64,000 nt of DNA from an uncultured candidatus Porisulfidus sp. (GCA_965204575.1 OZ241993.1:1056001-1120000); one strand, 5' to 3'; shown: positions 53,040 through 64,000, counted from the stretch's first letter. Made by a program: numbers and translations. Notes: generated by a model from the letters alone, not told the origin.

Positions 53040-53052
53040 CCCCGACGCCGCC

Positions 53053-53781
53053 ATGTCTGCCGCATACCGCCGCATCCTGCTGAAGCTGAGCGGTGAGGCG
53101 TTGATGGGGGCCAACCGCCACGGGATCGATCCGGACGCGGTACGCCAGCTGGCCTTTGCACTGGCCGGGGCACAGGCGCAGGGCACGCAGATCGCGGTGG
53201 TGGTGGGCGGCGGCAACATCGTGCGGGGCGAAGGCCTGGAAGCGGCCGGAATCGACCGCGTCACCGGTGACCAGATGGGCATGCTGGCGACCCTGATCAA
53301 CGCGTTGGCCCTCCAGGAATCGGTGGAACAGAACCAGATCCCATGCCGGGTGATGTCCGCCATCCCGGTGCCGCAGGTGTGCGAGAGCTACATCCGGCGC
53401 CGTGCCGTGCGCCACCTTGAAAAGGGCCGCCTGGTGGTGTTCGCCACCGGAACCGGCAACCCGTTCTTCACGACCGATTCCGCGGCCAGCCTGCGCGCGG
53501 TGGAAATCGGCGCCGACATCCTGCTCAAGGCGACCAAGGTGGACGGGGTGTATTCCAGTGACCCCCTGACCGACAAGGATGCGCAGCGTTTCGACGTCAT
53601 CGACTACGACGAGGCCCTGCACCGCAAGCTGGGCGTCATGGATTCGACCGCGCTGGTGTTGTGCCGGGACAACCGGATCCCGATCCGGGTGTTCAACATG
53701 TTCGAGGAAGGGGCCTTGATGCGGTTGCTGGCCGGCGAGCCGGTCGGGACCCTGGTGCATGCGGAGGGCGCCCATGCGTGA
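53053..53781 (+). CDS. pyrH: UMP kinase
   Basis: [26 protein letters not shown]. Confidence 0.97.
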   Translation: MSAAYRRILLKLSGEALMGANRHGIDPDAVRQLAFALAGAQAQGTQIAVVVGGGNIVRGEGLEAAGIDRVTGDQMGMLATLINALALQESVEQNQIPCRVMSAIPVPQVCESYIRRRAVRHLEKGRLVVFATGTGNPFFTTDSAASLRAVEIGADILLKATKVDGVYSSDPLTDKDAQRFDVIDYDEALHRKLGVMDSTALVLCRDNRIPIRVFNMFEEGALMRLLAGEPVGTLVHAEGAHA

Positions 53782-54331
53782 GGAAATCCTGGCCGATGCC
53801 CGCGAGCGCATGCAAAAGAGCCTCGGCGTTCTGGGCGAGGCACTGACCCGCATTCGCACCGGCCGCGCCCATCCGAGCCTGCTGGATCCGGTGAAGGTGG
53901 ACTATTACGGGACCGAGGTGCCGATCGCCCAGGTCGGCAGCGTGACGGTCGAAGAAGGGCGCACGCTGGTGGTGCAGGTGTGGGAGAAGAACATGGTGGA
54001 GGCGGTCGAGAAGGCACTGCTGAACTCCGACCTGGGAATCACGCCGAACAGCGCCGGGCAGGTGGTGCGCCTGCCGATGCCCCCGCTCACCGAGGAGCGC
54101 CGCCGGGTGCAGGTGCGGCATGTGAAGGAGACCCTGGAAGAGGCGCGCGTCTCGATCCGCAACGTCCGGCGCGACGCCAACCACATGCTCAAGGACCTGT
54201 TGAAGGAAAAGGAGATCAGCGAGGACGATGAGCGCCGCGACCAGGAGGCGGTGCAGAAACTGACCGACGACTCCATCCACAAGGCGGAGCAGATGGCGTC
54301 GGAAAAGGAAAAAGCCCTGCTGGAAATCTAG
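53774..54331 (+). CDS. frr: Ribosome recycling factor
   Basis: [23 protein letters not shown]. Confidence 0.97.
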   Translation: MREEILADARERMQKSLGVLGEALTRIRTGRAHPSLLDPVKVDYYGTEVPIAQVGSVTVEEGRTLVVQVWEKNMVEAVEKALLNSDLGITPNSAGQVVRLPMPPLTEERRRVQVRHVKETLEEARVSIRNVRRDANHMLKDLLKEKEISEDDERRDQEAVQKLTDDSIHKAEQMASEKEKALLEI

Positions 54332-54346
54332 GATTTCAGGAGAGCG

Positions 54347-55057
54347 GTGCGCGAATTTACCCTGCCGCGGTCCGATCTTCCGGCCCATGTCGCGTTGATC
54401 CCGGACGGCAACCGCCGCTGGGCGCGCCAGAGCGGAAAACCCCACGAGGACGGCTATCGCGCCGGCATCAAGGCGACCCGCGCGCTGGTCGAGCATGCCG
54501 CCCGGCGCGGGATTTCGACCCTGACCCTGTTCGCGTTCAGCAGCGAGAACCGCAGGCGGCCGAAGCCGCAGGTGGAGCTGCTGATGAGGTTGCTGGTCGA
54601 AACGCTGGACGAACAGGCCCGCGAGCTCATGGAGCAGGGCGTCCGGTTGCACTTCATCGGCGAACTGGACCGGCTGTCCACCAAGATTCGGTCGCGGATC
54701 CGACAAATCGAGGCGCAGGCTCCGGACAAGCCGAGCCTGGTCATGTACGTGGCACTGCATTACAGCGGCCGCCAGGACCTGCTGGCTGCATTCCAGCATT
54801 GCCAGAAGGCGAACCTCGACGTTGTCGGCGAGGCCGAGGTGTCGAGGGCGCTCGGCACCGGGGAACTGCCGGATCCGGACCTGCTGATCCGCACCGGCGG
54901 CGAGTTTCGATTGAGCAATTTCCTGCTGTGGCAGATGGCCTACACGGAGTTGTACTTCACCGACTGCCTGTGGCCTGATTTCGACGAGGCGGCGTTCGAC
55001 CGCGCGCTGGAGTGGTTTGCCGAACGGGACCGGCGTTTCGGGGGCAGTGCCGGATGA
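54347..55057 (+). CDS. uppS: Undecaprenyl diphosphate synthase
   Basis: DGNRRWA, FAFSSEN, DLLIRTGGE.RLSNFLLWQ. Confidence 0.96.
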   Translation: MREFTLPRSDLPAHVALIPDGNRRWARQSGKPHEDGYRAGIKATRALVEHAARRGISTLTLFAFSSENRRRPKPQVELLMRLLVETLDEQARELMEQGVRLHFIGELDRLSTKIRSRIRQIEAQAPDKPSLVMYVALHYSGRQDLLAAFQHCQKANLDVVGEAEVSRALGTGELPDPDLLIRTGGEFRLSNFLLWQMAYTELYFTDCLWPDFDEAAFDRALEWFAERDRRFGGSAG

Positions 55058-55866
55058 ACGAGCTTGCGAAACGCACCGGCACGGCCGCAGTTCTGCTGCT
55101 GCTGGTGGCGGGGGCGCTGGTCCTGAACGAGGCCGGCATCGGTCCCGCGCCCTGGATGCTGTTCGTTGCCGTGGCGTGCGGGGTGGCGGCCTGGGAGTGG
55201 GCCGGGCTGCTGGGGTTGGGGCGCCTGGGGCAGATCGCCTACCTGGCGGCCAGCGCGTTGCTGGTATCGGCCCTGATGTCGCCGGCCCTCGAAAACGCGG
55301 TTTGGGTTTGGCTGGCGTTCGGGCTGTGGATCATCGCGCTCCTGCGCATCGCGGGCATCCCGTTCCCGCGTCCCGTCGAAACCCTGTTTTTTGGTATGCT
55401 GGGGTGGGTGGCTGTTCCGGTGGCGGGACTAGTCCTGGTGGCTTTCCTGGGACCGTTCGTGTGGGCGTTCCTTATGATCGTCATTGTGGCGGATACAGCC
55501 GCGTACTTCGTGGGTTGCCGCTATGGAAAGACTGCATTGGCCCCGGAGATCTCTCCGGGCAAGACACGCGCCGGGCTCGTGGGTGCCCTGCTGGCGGTGG
55601 CGGCGGTTAGCATCCCGATCGCGTGGGGCCTGGGTCTCCCCCTGGCAACCTGGTTCTATTTCGCTTGCCTGGCGTTGCTCGTGGCCTGCTTCAGCGTGAT
55701 CGGCGACCTGAGCGCCAGCCTGCTCAAGCGCCGGGCAGATGTCAAGGACAGCGGCCGCTTCCTGCCGGGGCACGGGGGAGCGCTGGATCGGGTCGATGGC
55801 CTGCTGGCCGCGGCACCCGTGTATGCCTTGGGCATCCAGGCATTGCCGGGAGTCCTGTTGATATGA
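55054..55866 (+). CDS. cdsA: Phosphatidate cytidylyltransferase
   Basis: ISPGKT, KRRADVKDSG..PGHGGALDR. Confidence 0.95.
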   Translation: MNELAKRTGTAAVLLLLVAGALVLNEAGIGPAPWMLFVAVACGVAAWEWAGLLGLGRLGQIAYLAASALLVSALMSPALENAVWVWLAFGLWIIALLRIAGIPFPRPVETLFFGMLGWVAVPVAGLVLVAFLGPFVWAFLMIVIVADTAAYFVGCRYGKTALAPEISPGKTRAGLVGALLAVAAVSIPIAWGLGLPLATWFYFACLALLVACFSVIGDLSASLLKRRADVKDSGRFLPGHGGALDRVDGLLAAAPVYALGIQALPGVLLI

Positions 55867-57029
55867 GCGCGATGCGGCTGACGGTGCTGGGTTCGTCGGG
55901 CACGATCGGGATCAATACGCTGGATCTCGCCGCCCGTCATTCCGATCATGTCGAAGTGTTCGCGCTGGCCGCGAACACAGACCATTCGACCCTCCTCGAA
56001 CAATGCCGCCAGCATCGGCCACGCTATGCTGCCTTGGCCAATGCGGATGCGGCGCAAAGCCTGCAGGACGCACTGCGTGCGGAGCAACTCGACACCGAAG
56101 TGCTGCAGGGGGAAGACGAGTTGCGCGATCTGGCGGGCGATACAACCGCCGATTGCGTGATGGCCGGAATCGTCGGGCTGGCCGGGCTGGTGCCGACGCT
56201 GGCCGCGGTCCGGTCCGGGCGGAGAGTGCTGCTGGCGAACAAGGAATCACTGGTGGCGGGCGGCCGGCTGTTCATGGATGAGGTGCGTCGGCACGGTTGC
56301 GAACTGGTTCCGGTCGACAGCGAACACAACGCGTTGTTCCAGTGCCTGGCGCAGACCGACCCCGAAGCCATCGAACGCGCGACCCTGACGGCGTCGGGCG
56401 GGCCGTTCCGCGAGACTCCGCTGGAGCAGCTTGACGCGGTCACCCCGGATCAGGCGTGCGCGCATCCGAACTGGAAGATGGGGCGGAAGATCTCCGTGGA
56501 TTCCGCGACCATGATGAACAAGGGGCTGGAGTTGATGGAGGCGCGCTGGCTGTTCGGTCTCGATGCCGACCGGGTCGACGCGGTGATTCATCCGGAATCG
56601 ATCGTCCATGCCCTGCTGACCCTGCGCGACGGCTCCACGCTGGCCCACCTGGGGCCGGCCGACATGCGCGTGGCCATCAGCTACGCCCTGTTCGGCCCCC
56701 AGCGCCTGCCTTCCGGGGTCGGCTCCCTGAACCTGGCGGAATGCGCGCCATTGAACTGGTATCCGCCGCCGCCCGGGCGCTACCCCTGCCTGGAACTGGC
56801 ACGCCAGGCCATGCAGATGGGCGGACCGGCGCCGATCGTGCTGAACGCGGCCAACGAGATCGCGGTCGACGGGTTCTTGAACGAGCGCATCCGGTTCCCG
56901 CAGATCGCGGATGTGGTGCAACGGACGCTGGAAGCGGGGCGATCCGGCGAGCCGGGTGGGATCGACGACATCATCGAGATGGACCGCGAGGCGCGTGCCC
57001 GGGCCCGGCAGGCCATGGAGGCGCTGTGA
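55863..57029 (+). CDS. dxr: 1-deoxy-D-xylulose-5-phosphate reductoisomerase
   Basis: LANKES, PVDSEHNA, TASGGPF, HPNWKMG.KISVDSATMMNKGLE. Confidence 0.97.
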   Translation: MSAMRLTVLGSSGTIGINTLDLAARHSDHVEVFALAANTDHSTLLEQCRQHRPRYAALANADAAQSLQDALRAEQLDTEVLQGEDELRDLAGDTTADCVMAGIVGLAGLVPTLAAVRSGRRVLLANKESLVAGGRLFMDEVRRHGCELVPVDSEHNALFQCLAQTDPEAIERATLTASGGPFRETPLEQLDAVTPDQACAHPNWKMGRKISVDSATMMNKGLELMEARWLFGLDADRVDAVIHPESIVHALLTLRDGSTLAHLGPADMRVAISYALFGPQRLPSGVGSLNLAECAPLNWYPPPPGRYPCLELARQAMQMGGPAPIVLNAANEIAVDGFLNERIRFPQIADVVQRTLEAGRSGEPGGIDDIIEMDREARARARQAMEAL

Positions 57030-58384
57030 GTTTCCTGATCAGCCTGGCGGCATTCCTGGCGGCCATCGCCGTGCTCGTGACGTTCCACGAATTCGGGCAC
57101 TACTGGGTGGCGCGCCGGTGCGGCGTGAAGGTGCTCCGGTTCTCGGTCGGCTTCGGCCGTCCCCTGTACTGTCACGTCTCGCCGCGTACCGGGACCGAAT
57201 GGGTGATTTCCGTCCTGCCGTTCGGCGGGTACGTGAAGATGCTGGACAAGCGCGAGACCGGGGACATCCCGGAGGAACAGCAAGGTGTCGAGTTCACCGG
57301 AAAACCGCTGTACCAGCGAGCGGCGATCATCGCCGCCGGCCCGGCGTTCAACCTGCTGCTGGCCTTCCTGCTGTATTCCCTGGTTTTCATGACGGGCGAG
57401 ACCGGCCGGCGTCCGCTGGTCGGCCACGTGGCGGAGGGCTCGCCGGCCGCGGTCGCCGGCCTTCGGACCGGCGATGAAATCCTGTCCGTCGGCGGCCGGC
57501 CGATCCGCACCTGGCAGGCCTTCATCGTGCCGCTGTTGGATTCCGGGCTCGGCGACGGCGTCATCGCCATGGAGGTGTTCCGCGAGGACGGCCGCGCGGC
57601 ATCCCCGGTCATCGACGTGGGGCCGGGGCTGCTGAAGAACGAGAACGTGTTCGGTGCGCTGGGCCTGCACCCGCTGCGCGCGACGTCCATGCCCGTGGTG
57701 GGCACCGTTTTGGAGGGCGCGCCGGCCGAGGCGGCCGGTTTGCGCGAAGGCGACCGCATCGTGCGTCTCGACGGGTCTTCGGTGACAACCTGGGAGGGGA
57801 TGTCGGGGTACATCCGTGTGCGGCCAGGCCAGACCGTGACGGCCGAACTCGAACGGGACGGGCAGCGCGTGTGGCAGGAGATTCGCGTCGAGGCGATTGA
57901 TGTTTCCGGCACGCCGGTCGGTCGAATTGGCGTGACGCCGTACCGGGACCCGGAACTGGCGGAACACCTGAGCGTCGTCGTGCGCCACCCGGTTGGGGAG
58001 AGCCTGATGCTGGGCGCGGAGCGGACCTGGGACTTCAGCGTCTTGACCGTCCGCCTGATCGGGCAACTGATCGTCGGCGGCGCGTCGGTCAAGAACATCA
58101 GCGGGCCGGTCGGCATCGCCGAATTCGCCGGGACGTCGGCCATGATCGGATTTGCGGCCTTCGTGTCCATGCTGGCCCTGCTGAGCGTCAGCTTGGGCAT
58201 TCTCAATCTCCTTCCGATCCCGATCCTGGACGGCGGGCACCTGCTGTACTGCCTGGCCGAAGCGCTGACCGGGCGGCCGGTGTCGCCGACCGTCGAAGCC
58301 GTGGGCCAACGTCTGGGCGTGGCCATGCTGGCGGCACTGATGGGGCTTGCCCTTTACAATGACCTTGCCCGACTACTGGGATAG
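57026..58384 (+). CDS. rseP: RIP metalloprotease RseP
   Basis: HEFGH, two PDZ domains, NLLPIPILDGGH. Confidence 0.96.
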   Translation: MSFLISLAAFLAAIAVLVTFHEFGHYWVARRCGVKVLRFSVGFGRPLYCHVSPRTGTEWVISVLPFGGYVKMLDKRETGDIPEEQQGVEFTGKPLYQRAAIIAAGPAFNLLLAFLLYSLVFMTGETGRRPLVGHVAEGSPAAVAGLRTGDEILSVGGRPIRTWQAFIVPLLDSGLGDGVIAMEVFREDGRAASPVIDVGPGLLKNENVFGALGLHPLRATSMPVVGTVLEGAPAEAAGLREGDRIVRLDGSSVTTWEGMSGYIRVRPGQTVTAELERDGQRVWQEIRVEAIDVSGTPVGRIGVTPYRDPELAEHLSVVVRHPVGESLMLGAERTWDFSVLTVRLIGQLIVGGASVKNISGPVGIAEFAGTSAMIGFAAFVSMLALLSVSLGILNLLPIPILDGGHLLYCLAEALTGRPVSPTVEAVGQRLGVAMLAALMGLALYNDLARLLG

Positions 58385-58389
58385 CCCCA

Positions 58390-60729
58390 ATGTTTCGCTC
58401 GAGATTCGGCCCGATTCTGCTCATCCTCGCCCTGATGCTGGCGGTGCCGCGCGCATTTGCATTCGTCGTGGAAGATATCGAGTTGCAGGGCCTGCAGCGA
58501 CTGGAAGCCGCCACTGTGTTCACTTATCTCCCGGTGGAGGTGGGCGAGGATTTCGACGTGTCCCAAACGAGCGAGGTGGTGCGGGCACTGTTCAAGTCCG
58601 AGCTGTTCAGCGATGTGGAAATATCGCGCCGCGGCAACGTGCTGGTCGTCCGGGTGGTGGAGCGCCCGGCCATCACTGAAATTGCCTTCGACGGCCTTGA
58701 GGTCCTCAAGGACGAGACCCTGGAGGAGGTGCTGAAGGATGCGGGCATCGCTGCCGGGCGGATCTTCAACCAGCCGCTGCTGGACCGCCTCAACAACGAG
58801 ATTCTGCAGCAGTACCATGCGATCGGCTTCTACAACGCGGAGGTTGCGGTCGACATCCACGACATGGGCGAGAACCGGGTGGCGATCCACATCAACGTGG
58901 TGGAAGGCGAGCCGGCGACCATCCGGCAGGTGCACGTGGTCGGCAATGTCTCGTATACCGAGGAGCGGCTGCTGGAGTTGTTCGAATCCTCCGAGCCGGC
59001 CTGGTACGACATCATGGGCAACACCGGCAAGTATTCGAAGCTGCAGCTGTCGGGAGACCTGGAGCGTTTGCGTTCGTTCTACCTGAACCGCGGGTTCCTG
59101 AAGTTCCGGGTGGATTCGGCGCAGATTTCGCTGAGCCCGGACCGCGAAGGCATCTACGTTACGGTCCACATCAACGAAGGTCGCCGTTTCGTGGTGCGCG
59201 AGGTGTCCCTGTCCGGCATCTTCATCGTGCCGCAGGAGGAACTGACCTCGCTGCTGACCATCCAGGCGGGCGAGTACTTCTCCAGCTCGCGGGCGCAGGC
59301 TTCGAGCAGTCGCCTGAAGGCGCGCTTGGGCGAGGAAGGGTATTCGTTTGCCAAGGTTAATCCGGTCACCGACCTCGACGAGGAGAAGGGCGAGGTATCG
59401 ATCAACTTTTTCATTGACCCCGGCCAGCGGGTGTATGTCCGGCGGATCGACATCATCGGCAACTACACGACGCAGGACGAGGTGTTGCGCCGGGAGCTGC
59501 GCCAGATGGAGGGAGCCTGGTTGTCGTCCCCGAACCTGGAGCGTTCGCGCCGACGTTTGCAGCGGCTCCCGTATATCGACACGGTGGAGATTACGCAGAC
59601 CCGGGTCCCGGGCACCAACGACCAGGTCGACCTCACCATCACCGTCGCCGAGCGGTTGGCCGGCAACTTCACGGCCGGCGCAGGGTTCAGCAGCGGCAGC
59701 GGCCTGTCGCTGGCAGCCGGTGTGGAGCAGGAAAACTTCTTCGGCACCGGCAACCGGGTCGGCATCCACTTCGACAACAGCGAGATCTCCACCCGGTACT
59801 CCTTCGATTTCTACAACCCGTACTACACCATCAACGGCGTCAGCCGCAGCTTCGGCTTCAGCACGCGCCGGGTGAACACGGATGATGCCGACCAGCAGAC
59901 CCGGTACAAGTCGCGCGACTTCGTTGGCTACCTGAGCTACGGCATCCCGATCGCCGACGACAGCACCTTCACCTTCGCCGCCCGCTTCCAGCGGATCAAC
60001 TTCGACGCGGGCAGCGGCTCGTCCTTCCTGGTGCGGAGCTTCCTTCAGGACCATGACGGCGACTGCCTGTACTTTCCGAAGATCGCAGTCACGCGCACCG
60101 ACCTGCGCTATTGCGATGCCACGTACTACAACCTGTCGCTGATCGGATCCTTTGCCTACGACACCCGCGACCGCAGCCTGTTCACGCGCGAGGGTTCGCT
60201 GCGCCAGGTGTCGGCGCGGGCCACGGTGCCCGGCAGCGGCCTGGAGTACTACGTCCTGTCCTACGTCCAGGAGGAGTACCTGAAGCTGACCGAGGATCTG
60301 ACGTTCGCGATCAAGGGCGAGGCCGCCTACGGGGACGGCTACGGCGGCACCGACGACCTGCCGTTCTCGCAGAAGTTCGTGACCGGCGGCCCGAAGACCG
60401 TGCGCGGCTTCGAGGTCAACACGCTGGCTCCCCGCGACGAATTCGACGAGCCGTACGGAGGGAACCTGAAGCTGAATTACTCGGCCGAACTGTCGTTCCC
60501 GGTCCCGTTCATCGACGAGGCCAACCTGCGCGGGGCCGTGTTCTGGGATTCGGGCTACGTGTTCAACGAAGCGGAGGATTTCGACATTCAGGAAATGCGC
60601 GCTTCGCTCGGCATCGGCATATCCTGGCTGTCGCCGCTCGGGGGCGTGTCGATGAGCCTGTCGCTGCCGATTAACGACCACGAAACAGACAAGACGGAGT
60701 CCTATCAGTTCAATCTGGGGTCGCTTTAG
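58390..60729 (+). CDS. bamA: Outer membrane assembly factor BamA
   Basis: POTRA repeats, VRGF motif, C-terminal QFNLG. Confidence 0.96.
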   Translation: MFRSRFGPILLILALMLAVPRAFAFVVEDIELQGLQRLEAATVFTYLPVEVGEDFDVSQTSEVVRALFKSELFSDVEISRRGNVLVVRVVERPAITEIAFDGLEVLKDETLEEVLKDAGIAAGRIFNQPLLDRLNNEILQQYHAIGFYNAEVAVDIHDMGENRVAIHINVVEGEPATIRQVHVVGNVSYTEERLLELFESSEPAWYDIMGNTGKYSKLQLSGDLERLRSFYLNRGFLKFRVDSAQISLSPDREGIYVTVHINEGRRFVVREVSLSGIFIVPQEELTSLLTIQAGEYFSSSRAQASSSRLKARLGEEGYSFAKVNPVTDLDEEKGEVSINFFIDPGQRVYVRRIDIIGNYTTQDEVLRRELRQMEGAWLSSPNLERSRRRLQRLPYIDTVEITQTRVPGTNDQVDLTITVAERLAGNFTAGAGFSSGSGLSLAAGVEQENFFGTGNRVGIHFDNSEISTRYSFDFYNPYYTINGVSRSFGFSTRRVNTDDADQQTRYKSRDFVGYLSYGIPIADDSTFTFAARFQRINFDAGSGSSFLVRSFLQDHDGDCLYFPKIAVTRTDLRYCDATYYNLSLIGSFAYDTRDRSLFTREGSLRQVSARATVPGSGLEYYVLSYVQEEYLKLTEDLTFAIKGEAAYGDGYGGTDDLPFSQKFVTGGPKTVRGFEVNTLAPRDEFDEPYGGNLKLNYSAELSFPVPFIDEANLRGAVFWDSGYVFNEAEDFDIQEMRASLGIGISWLSPLGGVSMSLSLPINDHETDKTESYQFNLGSL

Positions 60730-60769
60730 GCAACAGTGTAAAATGAGAGACAACAGGAGCACTCAACTA

Positions 60770-61285
60770 ATGAAGAAATCATCCATTTTCTGGTCGCATG
60801 TGGTCGGTTTGGCGTTGCTTGCCATGAGTGGGACGGCTGCCGCACAAAACGCAAAGGTTGGATTCGTGGATGTCGGGCGCCTTCTGGAGGATTCTCCGCA
60901 GGCGGTAGCGGCCCGACAGAAGCTTCAGAACGAATTCGCGCCCCGCAACGACGAGTTGGAAAAACTCCATAAGGAGGTTTCCGACCTGGCCCAGAAGTTG
61001 GCGAACGAGAGTGATGTGATGTCGGAGGAACAGCGGCTTGAGCAGGAGCGGGAGGTGCAGCGCCGGCGCCGCGACTTCGAGCGCAAGCGCGACGAGGTGC
61101 GCGAGGATCTGGCGATCCGCCGCAACGAGGAACTCGGCAAGCTGCAGGAAGAGGTCAATACGGTGGTCGCCGAGATCGCGAGCGAGGAGGGCTTCGACCT
61201 GATCCTCACCCAGGCCGTGGCCCTGTACGCCAGCAAGCGCATCGACATCACGGAGCGGGTGCTCAAGAAGATGAATAATCCGTAA
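60770..61285 (+). CDS. skp: Skp/OmpH chaperone
   Basis: Signal peptide, KVGFVD, coiled coil, DITERV. Confidence 0.92.
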   Translation: MKKSSIFWSHVVGLALLAMSGTAAAQNAKVGFVDVGRLLEDSPQAVAARQKLQNEFAPRNDELEKLHKEVSDLAQKLANESDVMSEEQRLEQEREVQRRRRDFERKRDEVREDLAIRRNEELGKLQEEVNTVVAEIASEEGFDLILTQAVALYASKRIDITERVLKKMNNP

Positions 61286-61291
61286 CCGGAT

Positions 61292-62311
61292 GTGGTGTCA
61301 CTGACCCTGGGTCAGATCGCGGAAATCGCGGACGCCCGGATTTCCGATCCTCCGCCGGTTCCGGATCTCCTTATCGATCACGCTTCCTCCCTGGGCACTG
61401 CCGGGCCCGGTTCCATTTCTTTCTACAGTCACGCCCGCCACCGGGCTGAACTGCAACAGACCCGGGCGAGCGTGGTGCTGCTGCGCGAACCGGACCGGGC
61501 CGATTGCCCGGTTCCGGCGCTGTCCTGCGAGGATCCCTACCTCGGCATGGCGCGAGTGCTGCAGGCCCTGTACCCGATTCCCGAGGTGACACATGCCGTC
61601 CATCCCGGCGCCCTCGTCGACGACAGCGCGCAGCTGGCGGCGCCGGTGCGGGTGGACTTCGGTTGCGTGGTGGGGGCGAATGCGCGCGTCGGCGCGGGCA
61701 GCGTGCTGGGTCCGCACTGTGTGATCGGCGCAGGCGTGACCTTGGGCGAAGGTTGTGTCCTGCATGCCCGGGTGACCTTGCACGAAGGGGTCCGGGTCGG
61801 CGACCGGGTGGAGTTCTGGCCCGGCGTGGTGGTCGGATCCGACGGTTTCGGTTATGCCCAACAGGATCAGCAGTGGGTCAAACTGGTGCACCGCGGCGGC
61901 GTACGGATCGGGGACGACTGCGAGATCGGGTCCAACAGCACCATCGACCGCGGCATGCTGGATGACACCGTGATCGGCTGCGGGGTCAAGATCGACAACC
62001 AGGTGCAAGTTGCGCACAACGTTCACATCGGCGACCATTCCGCCATCGCCGGCAATGCAGGCATCGCGGGAAGCGCGAAGATCGGCCGCTACTGCCAGAT
62101 CGGAGGGGCGGCCGGGGTGCAGGGCCACGTGGAGTTGGCCGATGGGGTTATCATTACCGGTATGTCCAAGGCGAATCAGACGCTGACCCGCGCCGGCGCA
62201 TACAGTTCCGGCACGTCCATCCAAGGGAATGCGGACTGGTTGCGCAACGTGGCCCGCTTCAAGCAGCTCGACCGGATCGTGCGGGCCCTGAAGCAAGGAG
62301 AGAAGCCGTGA
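61292..62311 (+). CDS. lpxD: UDP-3-O-acylglucosamine N-acyltransferase
   Basis: [24 protein letters not shown]. Confidence 0.96.
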   Translation: MVSLTLGQIAEIADARISDPPPVPDLLIDHASSLGTAGPGSISFYSHARHRAELQQTRASVVLLREPDRADCPVPALSCEDPYLGMARVLQALYPIPEVTHAVHPGALVDDSAQLAAPVRVDFGCVVGANARVGAGSVLGPHCVIGAGVTLGEGCVLHARVTLHEGVRVGDRVEFWPGVVVGSDGFGYAQQDQQWVKLVHRGGVRIGDDCEIGSNSTIDRGMLDDTVIGCGVKIDNQVQVAHNVHIGDHSAIAGNAGIAGSAKIGRYCQIGGAAGVQGHVELADGVIITGMSKANQTLTRAGAYSSGTSIQGNADWLRNVARFKQLDRIVRALKQGEKP

Positions 62312-62766
62312 GCGAAGGTTTTGACATCCAGGAGATCCAGCGGCTGCTGCCGCATCGCCACCCGTTCCTGCTGGTGGACCGGGTCCTGGAATTCGACCCC
62401 GGGGTGTCGATCCGGGCGATCAAGAACATCACGGTCGACGAACCCTTCTTCCAGGGGCATTTCCCCGGAATCCCGATCTTCCCGGGCGTCCTGATCCTGG
62501 AGGTGATGGCCCAGGCTTCGGGCCTGCTGGTGTTCAAAACGCCGGAATACTGCCCGGAGGACGACAACCTGTACATGTTCGTCGGGGTCGACAAGGCCCG
62601 CTTCAAGAAACCGGTCGTGCCCGGCGACCAGCTGAAGGTCGATGTGAAACTGCTGCGGATGCGTCAGAACTGCGCCTCGTTCGATGCCACCGCCTCGGTC
62701 GACGGCGAAGTCGTGGCCACCGCCGGGATCATGTGCATGTTCAAGGAACTGCCGTCAGAGGCGTAA
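62308..62766 (+). CDS. fabZ: 3-hydroxyacyl-ACP dehydratase
   Basis: [27 protein letters not shown]. Confidence 0.97.
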   Translation: MSEGFDIQEIQRLLPHRHPFLLVDRVLEFDPGVSIRAIKNITVDEPFFQGHFPGIPIFPGVLILEVMAQASGLLVFKTPEYCPEDDNLYMFVGVDKARFKKPVVPGDQLKVDVKLLRMRQNCASFDATASVDGEVVATAGIMCMFKELPSEA

Positions 62767-62780
62767 CTGGACTTCGAGAC

Positions 62781-63563
62781 TTGAGCATTCATCCGACGGC
62801 CGTGGTGGACGCCGGGGCGGAGATCGACCCCACGGCGGAAATCGGCCCGTACGCGGTTATCGGCCCGCGCGTGCGCATCGGTGCCGACACCTGGGTCGGC
62901 CCGCATGCCGTGGTCACCGGGCGCACCACCGTGGGCCGGGAGAACCGGATCTTCCAGTTCGCCTCGGTCGGCGAGATCCCGCAGGACAAGAAGTATGCCG
63001 GCGAGGACAGCGAACTGGTGATCGGCGACGGCAACACCATCCGCGAGTTCGTGACCCTCAACTGCGGCACGGCCCAGGGCGAGAATTGCACCCGGATCGG
63101 GAACCGGAACTGGATCATGGCGTACGTGCACATCGCGCACGACTGCGTGATCGGGGACGACGCGACATTTGCGAACGGCGCAACGCTGGCAGGTCATGTC
63201 GAGATCGGGGACCACGCGATCCTCGGCGGCTTTACCCTGGTGCACCAGTTCTGCCGCATCGGGTGCCATGCGTTCAGCGGCATGGGCTCCGCCTTGAACA
63301 AGGATCTCCCGCCTTTCGTGCTGGCGTCGGGCAACCTGGCCCGCCCTTACGGGCTCAACCGCGAAGGATTGCGCCGGGCCGGCTTCTCCGAGGAGACGAT
63401 GGAGGCGCTGTCGCGGGCCTATAAGTTGCTGGTCCGTGTATCGGGCGGACAGCCGGAGGGCGAGATCCGGCAACTGGCCGCGCAGTTCCCGGAAGTGGAA
63501 CAGATGCGGGCGTTCATCGCAGAGAGCCGCCGCGGCATCATCCGCGAGAAGAATTCCGACTAA
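62781..63563 (+). CDS. lpxA: UDP-N-acetylglucosamine O-acyltransferase
   Basis: IHPTAVV, PQDKKY, HIAHDC, LAGHV, VHQFCRIG. Confidence 0.97.
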   Translation: MSIHPTAVVDAGAEIDPTAEIGPYAVIGPRVRIGADTWVGPHAVVTGRTTVGRENRIFQFASVGEIPQDKKYAGEDSELVIGDGNTIREFVTLNCGTAQGENCTRIGNRNWIMAYVHIAHDCVIGDDATFANGATLAGHVEIGDHAILGGFTLVHQFCRIGCHAFSGMGSALNKDLPPFVLASGNLARPYGLNREGLRRAGFSEETMEALSRAYKLLVRVSGGQPEGEIRQLAAQFPEVEQMRAFIAESRRGIIREKNSD

Positions 63564-63617
63564 TCAATTCGCCGAACGGCTTTTTGGCGCGGAATGCCAT
63601 GCCGCCAAAATATGCCT

Positions 63618-63646
63618 TTGACAGCATATAAATAATGAGTTATATT
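63618..63646 (+). promoter_or_regulatory. Near-consensus sigma70 promoter
   Basis: TTGACA-17 bp-TATATT. Confidence 0.7.
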
Positions 63647-63807
63647 TTTCGCATGGGTTGGACCGTCGCGCTTGATCCGCTTGCCGGGCAGGAACCCGGG
63701 GCCTCTGCTGGGATTGGGCGATGCGCGAGTGCATCCATTCTTGGTATCATGGAGGCGTCCTCATGGTTTTTGGGCGCAAGATCAAGATGGAGTTCGAGCG
63801 AGTGAAA

Positions 63808-64000
63808 GTGAGCCCCGAGATGATTGGGATCGCGGGCGGATGGCTGACCATGCTTGCGTTTTTTTGGAGCGTCAGTCTGAGCGTGAGTGAGCTGCACACG
63901 GACATGAGCGACCTGCGCGTGGACATGAGTGATCTGCGTACCGAACTGAAGGGTGATATCGCGCATCTCAACGAGCGCATGGCGCGTGTCGAAGGTCTGC
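63808..64000 (+). CDS. Membrane-anchored coiled-coil protein (runs off window)
   Basis: VSPEMIGIAGGWLTMLAFFWSVSL..LHTDMSDLRVDMSDLRTELKGDIAHLNERMARVEGL; similar to 42314-42472. Confidence 0.7.
   Translation, partial: MSPEMIGIAGGWLTMLAFFWSVSLSVSELHTDMSDLRVDMSDLRTELKGDIAHLNERMARVEGL

Noticed and set aside
63582-63610. Hairpin after lpxA as an intrinsic terminator
   Set aside because: T run precedes and A run follows the stem, the wrong order on both strands

Overview
High-GC gammaproteobacterial chromosome segment; accessory content suggests a marine-invertebrate (e.g. sponge) symbiont, which is inference only. Conserved core blocks (lpdA; thrS-infC-rpmI-rplT-pheST-ihfA-merR-tRNA-Pro; lepB-rnc-era-recO; pdxJ-cysM; dapE-arsC-dapD; glnD-map; rpsB-tsf-pyrH-frr-uppS-cdsA-dxr-rseP-bamA-skp-lpxD-fabZ-lpxA) are interrupted by integrase-free accessory patches holding about nine toxin-antitoxin modules or remnants, two restriction-modification pairs, an intact IS1380 and IS remnants. 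The standout is a locus between dapD and glnD (about 33.2-41.9 kb) that looks like an animal-type collagen modification pathway in a bacterium: a SecB-like chaperone, two collagen-like trimeric autotransporters with Lys and Pro concentrated in the Gly-X-Y Y position (one with an in-frame poly-C tract), a PLOD-type lysyl hydroxylase, a fused COLGALT-like galactosyltransferase / PLOD3-like glucosyltransferase, a GalE and a second 2OG-Fe(II) oxygenase. All assignments come from reading motifs by eye; no searches were run.
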